In this document: piece after piece, positions 30,504 through 40,333 of the stretch | Layout of the letters: the number at the start of each line of letters is the position of its first letter | Position numbering within the stretch: position 1 is the first letter of the stretch | Assembly: GCA_963803435.1 (NCBI GenBank) | Contig: CAWDML010000002.1 | Location: forward strand, 160,001-224,000 | From: an uncultured delta proteobacterium | Lineage (GTDB): Bacteria > Myxococcota > Kuafuiibacteriia > Kuafuiibacteriales > Kuafuiibacteriaceae | Direction of reading: 5' to 3' | Length of the DNA stretch: 64,000 nucleotides | Notes under the pieces: generated by a model | Database searches by the model: none | What the model saw: only the letters and a program-made list of their open reading frames with translations | What the model was told of the DNA's origin: nothing | Program-made: the position numbers and the translations under genes

Positions 30504-31814
30504 ATGATCCGCCCAGTGCGCGGACTCGTTTACGCTCTGGCGTGCGCGTTTTTGTGTGCCCGCGTCGCGCACGCCGGCCTCGAGCCCAAGAGTCACAACG
30601 CGCTCCTCTTCGTGGAGTCCACACAAGAGGGCCACGAGTGGGAGGCTTATCGCCTCGCCGAAGATCGCCGCCCCGTCGTTCTCGACGTGGACGGGCCGGG
30701 ACGCGTCCTGCTGACCCTTCGTACCTTCGGGGCCGATCGCGGAGACGACGCCGTGTCGGTGGTGCTGCTCGACGACCGCATCGTCCTCACCGCAAGGGTC
30801 GCACCGAAGCTCGATGAGAGCGCCAAGTTTCCGGACGAACATGCGCAAGTTCCTTCCAAGGTCGGTTTCTTCCTGGTTCGGGTGCCGCGCGGCGCACACC
30901 GGGTGACGGTTCGCTACTCCGGCGGGCCGCCCACGCTGGTGGCGGCGCGCTTCTCCGAGGACCAGACCTGGGACGCGGAGGGCGAGGGCGACCTCCCCCT
31001 GGTCATGCCCAAGGCCAAGCGGCGCGAGCAGGTGCCGACGGTCGGCAGGCTCTTGGACGACGGCGAGCTCCAGGCCGAGCCGAAGGACGAGCGCGCCCCG
31101 CCGCCCACCCGGTGGACGGCGCCGATCCCGAACGACGCGGAGGACGACCTCGAGCCTCGGACGGGGCCGCCGCGCACGCCACCCAAGGAGCGGGGCGAAC
31201 GTGCGGGGCGGAGCGCCTCGACCGGGGTCGCGCGGTCGCTGCGGGTTCGCGCACCCTGGCTCCTGTTCGAGGTTCGCGGCGGCGCCCAGGTCAATCGTCT
31301 CGGGTTGTCCGTCGCGCCGGTGGTCGGCATGGACGCGCGCATGCCGGTGCCGGGCCTCGACGCGCGCAGCTTCTCGATGGGCCTGTCGGCCGAGGTCGCG
31401 CACACGCAGGGCGACTCGGACGTGCTCACCTCGGGCCGGCGCGCGGTGGTGGGCGTGGCGCACCTCCGGCACACGGTGTTCGGCGCCGCCGTCGATCTTC
31501 GCTGGGCGTTCCTCCGGGAGCAGCTGGTCGATCCCTACGTGGCGGTCGGTGCGGGCGGGCTGTTCGGATCGATGCGCTCGCGGGTCGACGAGCAGTCGGT
31601 CGAGGCCGCCAGCCGGGGTTGGTTCGGACAGCTCAGCACCGGGGCCGCGCTGGGTGGTGTCGGGCATCGACCGTACGTGGAGGCCCAGCTGCAAGCTGGC
31701 TTGCTCTACTCGGACCTCTTCGCCGGCGGTCGGTCGGCCTATCTCGCCGCGGACCTCATGATCGGGTTTCGGTTCGAGTTTCTGACGGAGGTTGAAGTCA
31801 GCGCCGGGCCGTGA
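30504..31814 (+). CDS. secreted hypothetical protein with C-terminal beta-barrel-like region
   Basis: Signal peptide MIRPVRGLVYALACAFLCARVAHA; C-terminal alternating strands (PYVAVGAG, IGFRFEF). Confidence 0.6.
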   Translation: MIRPVRGLVYALACAFLCARVAHAGLEPKSHNALLFVESTQEGHEWEAYRLAEDRRPVVLDVDGPGRVLLTLRTFGADRGDDAVSVVLLDDRIVLTARVAPKLDESAKFPDEHAQVPSKVGFFLVRVPRGAHRVTVRYSGGPPTLVAARFSEDQTWDAEGEGDLPLVMPKAKRREQVPTVGRLLDDGELQAEPKDERAPPPTRWTAPIPNDAEDDLEPRTGPPRTPPKERGERAGRSASTGVARSLRVRAPWLLFEVRGGAQVNRLGLSVAPVVGMDARMPVPGLDARSFSMGLSAEVAHTQGDSDVLTSGRRAVVGVAHLRHTVFGAAVDLRWAFLREQLVDPYVAVGAGGLFGSMRSRVDEQSVEAASRGWFGQLSTGAALGGVGHRPYVEAQLQAGLLYSDLFAGGRSAYLAADLMIGFRFEFLTEVEVSAGP

Positions 31815-31831
31815 GAAGCCGCCCTCGGCCC

Positions 31832-33835
31832 ATGGAGATCATCAAGGACACCCGCCTCGAGGTCGCACCCTTCGCGGCGCGCCTCTTCGAACCGGGGCCC
31901 TCGCTGGTGGTCGTCGTCAAGGGAACCTTCAATCTGGTGGGCGGCGGGACCGCCCCGCTCTCCGAGGTCCAGAGCCTCCCCGGTGTCGAGGTCCACCACG
32001 AGGGAGAGGCCGAGGTGCAGAGCGTTCGCCACGACTCGGACGTCGCGCTCTATAAGCCGCACGCCGAGTGCCTCCTGGCGGGTACCGCACACGCGCCCCG
32101 AGGGAGGCCGGTCGGGGTGCTCCCGGTGCTGTTCCAGGTGGGGCCCGTCTCGAAGCGGCTGGCCGTGATCGGCGACCGCGAGTGGAAGCGCGGCTTGCTC
32201 GGACGCACCTCGAGCGAGCCGCTGCCGTTCGCGTCGATGCCGCTGGTCCTCGAGCGGGCCTTCGGCGGCAAAGGCTTCGGGCCGAACCCCCTCGGCGTGG
32301 GCCACGAGCCGTCGGACGCCCGCTGGGCGCTGCCGAACCTCGAGGATCCGGCGCACCTGATCGACTCTCCGCGCGCGCGGCCCGACCCGGCCTGCTTCGC
32401 GCCCATCCCGCGCATGTTCGCGTCCCGCCTCCGCCTGGCGGGGACGTTCGACGAGCAGTGGAAGGCCACCCGCTGGCCCGGTCTTCCCGAGGACTTCGAC
32501 TTCGCCTACTTCAACGCGGCCCCGATCGATCAGCGGATCGAGGGGTGGTTCCGGGGCGACGAGGAGATCGTGCTCGAGAACCTCCACCCGGATCACGCGC
32601 GCCTGGCCACCCGCCTCCCGGGGCTCACGCCGCGCTGCTTCCTCGACGACCGCGAGGTCACGCTGGTGCTCGACACGATCACTGTCGACGCCGACCTGGG
32701 CCGGATCTTCTGCCTCTGGCGCGGACACGCCGAGGTGGAGGACGAGCACCTGGCGAGCGTCGGGTACCTTCACCTGGTCGACGAGCGCCCCGGGGAGACG
32801 ACGGCCGCGGCAGCGTATCGCGCGCGGCTGGCCGAGCGGACCGCCGCCGACGCGATCGCGCCGGTCGCGCCGCCGGCCGCGCTCTCTTTGCCGATCTTCC
32901 CGGCGGAGGACGCGGCGCGCCTCCGGTCCGAGGTGCAGGCGCGGCTCGCCGCGAAGGAGAGCCTCGCCGGGCGCGATCTGACGGGCGCCGATCTCTCGGG
33001 GCTGAGGCTGGCGGCGGTCGATCTCACCTCGGCGATCCTGACCGGGGCGCGACTCGAGCGCGCCGTCCTCACCGGGGCGCGGCTCGATCGTGCCGTGCTG
33101 GCCGGTGCGCGGGCGGCCGGTGCCGATCTCTCGTCGGCCTCGCTGGTGAACGCCGATCTCACCCGCATCGAAGCCGGCGGTGCGCGCTTCGACGGCGCCG
33201 ATCTCTCGGGCGCGCTGCTCGAGGAGGGCGGCTTCGGGTCCGCCACCTTCTGCAAGGCGAGTTGCGTCAAGACCGAGATGACGAAGGCCGACCTCTCCCG
33301 GGCCGACTTCTCCGGCGCCGACCTGAGCGAGGCCGATTTGGCGGGCGCGCGCCTCGACGGCGGCGTGTTCGAGGGCGCGACGCTCACCGAGGCCGGCCTC
33401 GAGGAGACCTCGGCGCTGGGCGCGCGCTTCGCGGGCGCGGACCTCTCCCGCGCCAAGGGGAGAGCGGGACGTTTCGCCGGGGCCAGCTTCACCGGCGTCG
33501 TCGCGGAGGCGGCGCGATTTCGGGAGGCCAACCTCGACGGCGCCGATCTCTCCGGCGCCCGGCTGTCGTCGATCGATCTCAGCGGCGCCTCGCTGGCGGG
33601 GGCGACGCTGGTGGGGTGCGCGCTGCGCGGGGCCCGCTTCACCGGCGCCAGGCTGACCGGCGCCAAGCTCTGTGGGTCCGACCTGTTCGAGGCCAGCTTC
33701 GAGGCCGCGGATCTGACGCGGGCCGATCTGAGCGGGTCGAGCTGCTTCGGCGCGGAGCTCTGGAAGGCGAAGGTCGAGTCCACGGTCCTCGACGGCGCCG
33801 ATCTCGACCGCACCAAGCTCGCGGGGAGTCGATGA
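31832..33835 (+). CDS. T6SS accessory DUF2169 + pentapeptide-repeat protein
   Basis: VVVKGTF, SDVALYKP, VIGDR.W, ERAFGG, GTFDEQW..RWP.LP.DFD..YFNAAP; C-terminal A(D/R)LxG repeats. Confidence 0.9.
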   Translation: MEIIKDTRLEVAPFAARLFEPGPSLVVVVKGTFNLVGGGTAPLSEVQSLPGVEVHHEGEAEVQSVRHDSDVALYKPHAECLLAGTAHAPRGRPVGVLPVLFQVGPVSKRLAVIGDREWKRGLLGRTSSEPLPFASMPLVLERAFGGKGFGPNPLGVGHEPSDARWALPNLEDPAHLIDSPRARPDPACFAPIPRMFASRLRLAGTFDEQWKATRWPGLPEDFDFAYFNAAPIDQRIEGWFRGDEEIVLENLHPDHARLATRLPGLTPRCFLDDREVTLVLDTITVDADLGRIFCLWRGHAEVEDEHLASVGYLHLVDERPGETTAAAAYRARLAERTAADAIAPVAPPAALSLPIFPAEDAARLRSEVQARLAAKESLAGRDLTGADLSGLRLAAVDLTSAILTGARLERAVLTGARLDRAVLAGARAAGADLSSASLVNADLTRIEAGGARFDGADLSGALLEEGGFGSATFCKASCVKTEMTKADLSRADFSGADLSEADLAGARLDGGVFEGATLTEAGLEETSALGARFAGADLSRAKGRAGRFAGASFTGVVAEAARFREANLDGADLSGARLSSIDLSGASLAGATLVGCALRGARFTGARLTGAKLCGSDLFEASFEAADLTRADLSGSSCFGAELWKAKVESTVLDGADLDRTKLAGSR

Positions 33836-34957
33836 TGGAGCTTCACACGCTGGACGATCTGCTCTCCTTTCACCGCGCGGGGCGCCCGCTCGACGGCGCG
33901 CGGATCGCTGGTGTCTCGCTGGCGGGCGTCGATCTCTCCGGCGTCTCGATGCAGAACGCCGATCTCTCCCGGGCGGTCCTCGACGGTGCCCTCCTCGGAG
34001 GCGCCAATCTTCGCGGCGCGCGGTTCGGCGGGACCAGCCTCAAGGGCGCGATCCTCTCGGGATCGGACCTCGGCCAGGCCGACCTCGCCGGGTGCGACCT
34101 CACCGGATCCGATCTGGCCCGCGCCGACCTGACGGGCGCGTCGCTGTCGGGCGCCCGGCTGGTGAACGCGCTCCTGACCGAGATCTCGGCGGTCGGCGTC
34201 GACCTCTCCGGCGCCGAGCTCGACGACGCGCTCCTCGCCGGCGCCGATCTGTCTCGCGGTCGCCTTCCCGGGGCCCGGCTGGCCGGCGCGGTGATGACCG
34301 GGACCCTCCTCGCCGGCGCGGACCTGACCGGCGCCGATCTGACCGGCGCCGACCTGAGCGGCGTCGATCTCCCGCGTCGCCAAGCTCTCGGGCGCCCGGC
34401 TGGTCCAGCTGGCGGCGGCCGGCGTGGACGCCTCGGGGGCGGACCTCTCGTCGCTTTCGCTGGTCGATGCGGACCTCGGGGGCGCGGATCTCCGCGGCGC
34501 CAACCTGGGTGGCGCCGATCTGACCCGGGCCAGCCTGGCCGGGGCCCGCCTCGAGCGCGCGACCCTGACCGCCTGCCGGGCGATCCACGCCGACCTCTCG
34601 GGCGCTGATCTCACCGGCGCGGACCTCTCGGGCGCCGACCTCACGGAGGCGCAGCTGATCGGCGCGGTCCTCCGCTCGGTGCAGGCGGCCAAGGTCCGGC
34701 TCGATCGCGCGATCCTCGACGGCGCCTCGCTGGCCGGCGCGGTCTTGGCCGGCTGTCGGGCGAGGGGCGCGCGGTTCGCCCACGCGAACCTCGAGGGGAC
34801 CGACTTCTCCGGAAGCGATCTGACCGGCGCCGCGTTCCATCGGGCGATGGAGGCGGGGGTGCGGTTCGACGGGGCGAAGCTGGAGCGGACGACCCGCACG
34901 GATCCGGCGTTGGCGCGGGCCGAGGACTTTCGTCCTGCGCCCGTGAAAGGTGGCTAA
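33832..34957 (+). CDS. pentapeptide-repeat protein (frameshift near 34375)
   Basis: ATGA overlap; almost entirely ADLxG repeats; ends RTDPALARAEDF. Confidence 0.85.
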
Positions 34958-35384
34958 CTATATGTATGGGACGGCGATGACGACGGCGGACGGTGCGAGC
35001 GCGCGGGTCGAGGGCCTGCGGGGCGAGGAGCGCCTCTCGGTGCGGGCCCCCGACGGCCGGGTGCTCTTCGAGTATCACGCGGACGGCAGCGGGCGGTGCG
35101 TGGTCTACGCGCCGGCGAAGGACCTGGAGCTCAAGGTCGAGGGTCGGATCCGGATCGAGGCCGGCGAGCAGATCGAGCTCGACGCCCGGGCCATCCACGT
35201 CCGCGCCGACCGCTGGATCGAGCGGCTGGTGAACGCGTACCGCGAGGTCGAGGAGCTGTCGCAGACGCAGGCCGGTCGAATCCGGACCCTGGCGCGGGAG
35301 ACCTTCCAGCTGCTCGGCGGCCGGGTGGTGCTGAAGGCCGAGGGCGACATGAAGGTGAAGGGCGCCAAGATCCACCTGGCGTGA
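34950..35384 (+). CDS. DUF3540-like T6SS accessory protein
   Basis: NAYREVEELSQTQAGRI..VKGAKIHL; position between pentapeptide and PAAR-like genes. Confidence 0.75.
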   Translation: MANYMYGTAMTTADGASARVEGLRGEERLSVRAPDGRVLFEYHADGSGRCVVYAPAKDLELKVEGRIRIEAGEQIELDARAIHVRADRWIERLVNAYREVEELSQTQAGRIRTLARETFQLLGGRVVLKAEGDMKVKGAKIHLA

Positions 35385-35396
35385 GAGGAGGCTCGG

Positions 35397-35807
35397 ATGT
35401 TCGCTTCGACCAAGATGGGCGGGATCTGCTTCGCGTTCCCGGACGTGTGCAAGGTGCCTGCGCCGCCGGCGCCTCCGATCCCGGTGCCCTTTCCCAACAT
35501 CGGCCAGTGCCCGATGGCCCTGGCGCCGACCTGCTCGCTCAAGGTGAAGATCCTCAACCAGCCGGTCCTCACCACGAATTCGAAGATCCTGAGGACCAAC
35601 GGCGATGAGGCCGGCGTGGCTGGAGGGGTGATCTCCCAGACCTTCGGCGACCAGGCGGCCTACGCGATGGGCTCGACGAAGGTGCAGGTCGAAGGCAGCC
35701 CGGTGGTCATGGCCTTCAAGATGACGCGCCAGAACGGAGCCAACGCCAACGCGCCGGCGGGGGCCCAGATCGCGCCCAGCCAGACCAAGGTCCTCGTCTT
35801 GAGCTAA
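35397..35807 (+). CDS. DUF4150 / PAAR-like spike protein
   Basis: AFPDVCKVP..PIPVPFPN, GDEAG..GGV, GSTKVQVEG, T.QN..N, PSQTKV. Confidence 0.9.
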   Translation: MFASTKMGGICFAFPDVCKVPAPPAPPIPVPFPNIGQCPMALAPTCSLKVKILNQPVLTTNSKILRTNGDEAGVAGGVISQTFGDQAAYAMGSTKVQVEGSPVVMAFKMTRQNGANANAPAGAQIAPSQTKVLVLS

Positions 35808-35850
35808 TGTCCAAAACGCGTTACATCGACACACCCTCCCGGGTTCAAAG

Positions 35851-36873
35851 ATGATCGCGGTTGAAAGGTTGCTGCAGGCTGTCGACACGGACCCGCCTTG
35901 CGGGCCGAACCTCGAGTACGACGCCGCCTACCTCGAGCTCGAGCGCCTGGCGAAGGGCCGGCCCGAGCAGCAGATGGGGGACACCGTCAACGAGGCGGAG
36001 GAGCCGGACTGGCCGAAGGTCGCGTCGCAGGCGGCGGCGCTGCTCGAGTCCTCGAAGGACCTGCGGGTCGCGCTGCTCCTCACGCGCGCGCTCCTGAGGA
36101 CGCGGGGCTGGGCCGGCCTCGCCGAGGGCCTCGCGATCGTCGCCGGGTTGCTCGATCTCTACTGGGACCACCTCCACCCGCAGCTCGATCCGGACGACGA
36201 CAACGATCCGATCATGCGTATCAACGCCCTGGCCGGGCTGACCGACGCCGCCACCGTGCTGGCGTGGGTGCGCGCGACCCCGCTGGTCCGCGTCCGCGCG
36301 CTCGGGAGCTACACGCTCCGCGATCTGGCGCTGGTGACCGGAGAGCTCTCGCCGGCCGAGGGCGAGAGCGCGCCCGACGCGGCGTCGATCGAGGCCGCCT
36401 TCGCCGCGGTCGAGCTCGACGAGCTGTCGGCGACGGCGCAGGCGGCGGCGGCGGCGCGCGATCACCTGGCGAGCATCGAGTCGATCACGACCGAGCGGGC
36501 CGGCGTGGGGATGGGCGCCGATCTCTCGAAGCTGCGCGTCCTGCTCGATCAGGCGGTCAAGACGCTCGATCAGCGCCTGGTCCAGCGCGGCGCCACCGGC
36601 AACTCGAGCACAGCGGCGGGCGCGCCGGCCAACGGCGCCGGGAGCGCGGCGCCCTTGAGCGGCGTGGTCGCCTCGCGGGAGCAGGTGGTCGAGGCCCTCG
36701 ACAAGATCATCGCGTACTACGAGCGGAACGAGCCCTCGAGCCCGATCCCGCTGCTCTTGACGCGCTGCAAGCGGTTGGTCCGCATGACCTTCATGGACAT
36801 CGTACGCGACATCGCACCCGACGCCGTCTCGGCGGTGGAAGCGCTGCGGGGTCGAATCGAGCAAGGAGATTAA
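35851..36873 (+). CDS. tssA: T6SS protein TssA (ImpA)
   Basis: PCGPNLEYD, PDW, SKDLR, YWDHLHP, YYERNEPSSP. Confidence 0.92.
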   Translation: MIAVERLLQAVDTDPPCGPNLEYDAAYLELERLAKGRPEQQMGDTVNEAEEPDWPKVASQAAALLESSKDLRVALLLTRALLRTRGWAGLAEGLAIVAGLLDLYWDHLHPQLDPDDDNDPIMRINALAGLTDAATVLAWVRATPLVRVRALGSYTLRDLALVTGELSPAEGESAPDAASIEAAFAAVELDELSATAQAAAAARDHLASIESITTERAGVGMGADLSKLRVLLDQAVKTLDQRLVQRGATGNSSTAAGAPANGAGSAAPLSGVVASREQVVEALDKIIAYYERNEPSSPIPLLLTRCKRLVRMTFMDIVRDIAPDAVSAVEALRGRIEQGD

Positions 36874-36876
36874 CGG

Positions 36877-37380
36877 ATGAGTGGTCAGAAATTCATCGCC
36901 CGGAACCGCGCCCCGCGCGTGCAGATCGAGTACGACGTCGAGCTGTACGGCGCGCAGAAGAAGATCCAGCTCCCCTTCGTGATGGGCGTGATGGCGGATC
37001 TGTCGGGGGCCTCCGAGGTGAAGCCGGCGCCCCTCGCGGACCGCAAGTTCCTCGAGATCTCGGTCGACAACTTCGACGACCGGCTGAAGGCGATGAAGCC
37101 GCGGGTCGCGTTCCAGGTGCCGAACACGCTCACCGGCGAGGGCAACCTCAACGTCGAGCTGACGTTCGAGAGCATGGACGACTTCTCGCCGGCGGCGATC
37201 GCCCAGAAGGTCGGCGCGCTGAGCCAGCTGCTCCAGGCGCGGCAGCAGCTCGCCAACCTGGTCACGTACATGGACGGCAAGAGCGGCGCCGAGGATCTGA
37301 TCGCCAAGGTGCTCTCGGATCCGACGCTCCTACAGGCGGTCGCGTCGACGCCGAACCCCGACAAGAAGGAAGGCGAGTGA
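36877..37380 (+). CDS. tssB: T6SS contractile sheath small subunit
   Basis: QKFIARNRAPRVQIEYDVE, LPFVMGVMADLSG, DDFSP. Confidence 0.97.
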   Translation: MSGQKFIARNRAPRVQIEYDVELYGAQKKIQLPFVMGVMADLSGASEVKPAPLADRKFLEISVDNFDDRLKAMKPRVAFQVPNTLTGEGNLNVELTFESMDDFSPAAIAQKVGALSQLLQARQQLANLVTYMDGKSGAEDLIAKVLSDPTLLQAVASTPNPDKKEGE

Positions 37381-37383
37381 GTC

Positions 37384-38877
37384 ATGGCTGACGCGCAAGA
37401 GAGTGGACAGCAGGCCGAGGCCGGGACCGTCGAGGCGAGCGAGTTCGCGTCGCTGCTCCAGAAGGAGTTCCGGCCCCAGACCGATCGCGCCAAGGAGGAG
37501 GTCGAGAAGGCCGTCCGCACGCTGGCCGAGCAGGCGCTCCAGACCTCCGTGGTCGTCTCCGCCGACGTGGTCGAGACCATCAAGGCGATGATCGCCGAGA
37601 TCGACAAGAAGCTGACCGAGCAGATCAACCAGATCCTGCACCACGCCGAGTTCCAGAAGCTCGAGGGCGCGTGGCGCGGGCTGCATCACCTGGTCAACAA
37701 CACCGAGACCGACGAGATGCTGAAGATCCGCGTCATGAACATCTCCAAGAAGGATCTTCACAAGACGCTCAAGAAGTTCAAGGGCGCCGCCTGGGATCAG
37801 AGCCCGCTCTTCAAGAAGCTCTACGAGGAAGAGTACGGCCAGCTCGGCGGCGAGCCCTACGGCTGCCTGGTCGGCGACTACTACTTCGATCACAGCCCGC
37901 CGGACGTGGAGCTGCTGGGCGAGATCGCGAAGATCAGCGCCGCCGCCCACTGCCCGTTCATCGCGGGCACCGGCTCGGCGGTGATGCAGATGGAGTCGTG
38001 GCAGGAGCTCGGCAACCCGCGCGATCTGACCAAGATCTTCTCGACGCCCGAGTACGCGGCCTGGCGCTCGCTGCGCGAGTCGGAGGACGCCCGCTACGTC
38101 GGCCTGACCATGCCGCGCTTCCTGGCGCGCCAGCCCTACGGCGCCAAGACCAACCCGGTCGAGGAGTTCGACTTCGAGGAGGATGTGGCCGGCACCGACG
38201 CCGGGAAGTACTGCTGGGCCAACTCGGCCTACGCGATGGCCGTCAACATCAACCGCTCGTTCAAGCTGTACGGCTGGTGCTCGCGCATCCGCGGCATCGA
38301 GTCGGGCGGGGCGGTCGAGGGGCTGCCCACCCACACCTTCCCGACCGACGACGGCGGCGTCGACATGAAGTGCCCGACCGAGATCGCCATCTGCGACCGG
38401 CGCGAGGCCGAGCTGGCGAAGAACGGCTTCATGCCGCTCATCCACAAGAAGAACACCGACTTCGCGGCCTTCATCGGCGCGCAGTCGCTGCACAAGCCGG
38501 CCGCGTACGACGACCCCGACGCCACCGCGAACGCCAACCTGGCGGCGCGGCTGCCCTACCTGTTCGCCACCTGTCGGTTCGCGCACTACCTCAAGTGCAT
38601 CGTCCGCGACAAGGTCGGCTCCTTCAAGGAGCGCGACGACATGCAGAACTGGCTGCAGGAGTGGATCACGCAGTACGTCGACGGCGATCCGGCGCACTCG
38701 AGCGAGGAGACCAAGGCGGAGAAGCCGCTGGCGGCGGCCGAGGTGGTGGTGGAGGAGGTGGAAGGCAATCCCGGGTACTACTCGGCCAAGTTCTTCCTCC
38801 GGCCGCACTACCAGCTCGAAGGCTTGACGGTCTCCCTCCGGCTCGTCTCGAAGCTGCCGTCTGCGAAGGCAGGCTAG
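37384..38877 (+). CDS. tssC: T6SS contractile sheath large subunit
   Basis: FQKLEGAWRGL, YEEEYGQLGGEPYG, GGAVEGLP, KCPTE, LRPHYQLE. Confidence 0.97.
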   Translation: MADAQESGQQAEAGTVEASEFASLLQKEFRPQTDRAKEEVEKAVRTLAEQALQTSVVVSADVVETIKAMIAEIDKKLTEQINQILHHAEFQKLEGAWRGLHHLVNNTETDEMLKIRVMNISKKDLHKTLKKFKGAAWDQSPLFKKLYEEEYGQLGGEPYGCLVGDYYFDHSPPDVELLGEIAKISAAAHCPFIAGTGSAVMQMESWQELGNPRDLTKIFSTPEYAAWRSLRESEDARYVGLTMPRFLARQPYGAKTNPVEEFDFEEDVAGTDAGKYCWANSAYAMAVNINRSFKLYGWCSRIRGIESGGAVEGLPTHTFPTDDGGVDMKCPTEIAICDRREAELAKNGFMPLIHKKNTDFAAFIGAQSLHKPAAYDDPDATANANLAARLPYLFATCRFAHYLKCIVRDKVGSFKERDDMQNWLQEWITQYVDGDPAHSSEETKAEKPLAAAEVVVEEVEGNPGYYSAKFFLRPHYQLEGLTVSLRLVSKLPSAKAG

Positions 38878-38936
38878 GACGTAACAGGTGACGTCACGCC
38901 CGAGGGGCGAATCGGCTTCTTCAGAACCAAAGACAC

Positions 38937-38952
38937 TGGCACACCGCTCGCA
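38937..38952 (+). promoter_or_regulatory. sigma54-type (-24/-12) promoter upstream of hcp
   Basis: TGGCACACCGCTCGCA: GG-N10-GC spacing and TGGCAC -24 box, in the 130-bp tssC-hcp spacer. Confidence 0.6.
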
Positions 38953-39014
38953 CTAGCTCCGGTCGTCCAGTTCGAACCCAACGCAAGGCGCCACGGCGCA
39001 CAAGGAGAGTGGAT

Positions 39015-39506
39015 ATGGCTACCGATATGTTTCTGAAGCTCGGCGACATCAAGGGTGAGTCGGTTGATTCGGGACACACCAACGAGATCGACATCCTGGC
39101 CTGGAGCTGGGGCGCCTCGCAGAGCGGAACGACGCATCAGGGCACCGGCGGCGGCGCCGGCAAGGTCAACGTGCAGGACCTCTCGTTCACCAAGTGGATC
39201 GACAAGGCCACGCCGATCCTCCTCAAGCACTGCTGCGACGGCACGCACATCAACGAGGCCGTGCTGACGGTCCGCAAGGCCGGCGGCAAGAAGCCGCTCG
39301 AGTACTACAAGCTCACGCTGCAGGACGTCATCGTGTCGTCGCTCAGCACGGGCGGCTCCGGCGGCGAGGATCGGCTGACCGAGAACGTCACGCTGAACTT
39401 CGCGAAGTTCAAGCTCGAGTACGTGCCGCAGAAGGTCGACGGCTCCGGTGACCCGGCGATCTCGGCGACCTGGAACATCGCCAAGAACACCGAGAAGCTC
39501 GCGTAA
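39015..39506 (+). CDS. hcp: T6SS tube protein Hcp
   Basis: FLKLGDIKGES, IDILAWSWG, DLSFTKWIDKATP, ENVTLNF; AAGGAG RBS. Confidence 0.97.
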   Translation: MATDMFLKLGDIKGESVDSGHTNEIDILAWSWGASQSGTTHQGTGGGAGKVNVQDLSFTKWIDKATPILLKHCCDGTHINEAVLTVRKAGGKKPLEYYKLTLQDVIVSSLSTGGSGGEDRLTENVTLNFAKFKLEYVPQKVDGSGDPAISATWNIAKNTEKLA

Positions 39507-39529
39507 TCGAGTCGAGGACCAAAGACGCG

Positions 39530-40333
39530 ATGCTTGCCGAAGAAAGCCTGCGAACGGGCAACCTGGAAGAAGCACTCTCCCACCTGCAGGACCAGGTTCG
39601 GAACGATCCCGACGACGTGCGGCTTCGCGTCTTCCTGTTCCAGCTGCTGTCGGTGCTCGGTCGGTGGGACCGAGCGCTGAAGCAGCTGGACGTCTCCGGG
39701 GAGCTCGACCCGGAGACGATGGCGATGGTGCAGACGTACGAGCCGGCGCTCCGCTGCGAAGCCCTGCGGGCCGAGGTCTTCGCCGGGAAACGGTCGCCGT
39801 TGTTCTTCGGTGAGCCGGAGGAGTGGATGGCCTACCTCCTCTCCGCGCTCCAGCTCACCGCGGCCGGCGACCACGACGAGGCCAAGCGTGTGCGCGAGCT
39901 GGCCTTCGAGAAGGCGCCCGCCACGGCCGGCAAGATCGACGGCCAGCCGTTCCAGTGGATCGCCGACGCCGACAGCCGCCTCGGCCCCATGCTGGAGGCC
40001 ATCGTCCACGGCCGCTACCAGTGGATCCCGTTCTCCCGCCTGCGGGCGGTCCGCATCGAGCCCCCCGCCGACCTCCGGGATCTGGTGTGGGCGCCGGCCT
40101 ATCTCCGGCTCTCCACCGACGCCGAGGTGGTCGCGCTGATCCCGAGCCGCTACCCCGGCTCCGAGGCGTCCGAGGACGCGCTCATCCGCATGGCGAAGAA
40201 GACCGAGTGGCAGGCGCAGCCCGGGGACGCGTTCTTCGGCCTCGGCCAGCGCACGCTCGCGACCGACGCCGGTGACCATCCGCTCCTGGCGGTCCGAGAG
40301 ATCGAGCTCGAGGTCGCGCTCGCCGATGGCTGA
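39530..40333 (+). CDS. tagJ: T6SS accessory TagJ (ImpE/SciE)
   Basis: LFQLL..G.W.RA..QL, WIADADSRLGP.LE, DLVW, IPSRY, GLGQR. Confidence 0.92.
   Translation: MLAEESLRTGNLEEALSHLQDQVRNDPDDVRLRVFLFQLLSVLGRWDRALKQLDVSGELDPETMAMVQTYEPALRCEALRAEVFAGKRSPLFFGEPEEWMAYLLSALQLTAAGDHDEAKRVRELAFEKAPATAGKIDGQPFQWIADADSRLGPMLEAIVHGRYQWIPFSRLRAVRIEPPADLRDLVWAPAYLRLSTDAEVVALIPSRYPGSEASEDALIRMAKKTEWQAQPGDAFFGLGQRTLATDAGDHPLLAVREIELEVALADG

Noticed and set aside
32950-34900. Dense 15-bp periodic repeats (gccgatctc...)
   Set aside because: Coding pentapeptide repeats, not CRISPR or satellite.
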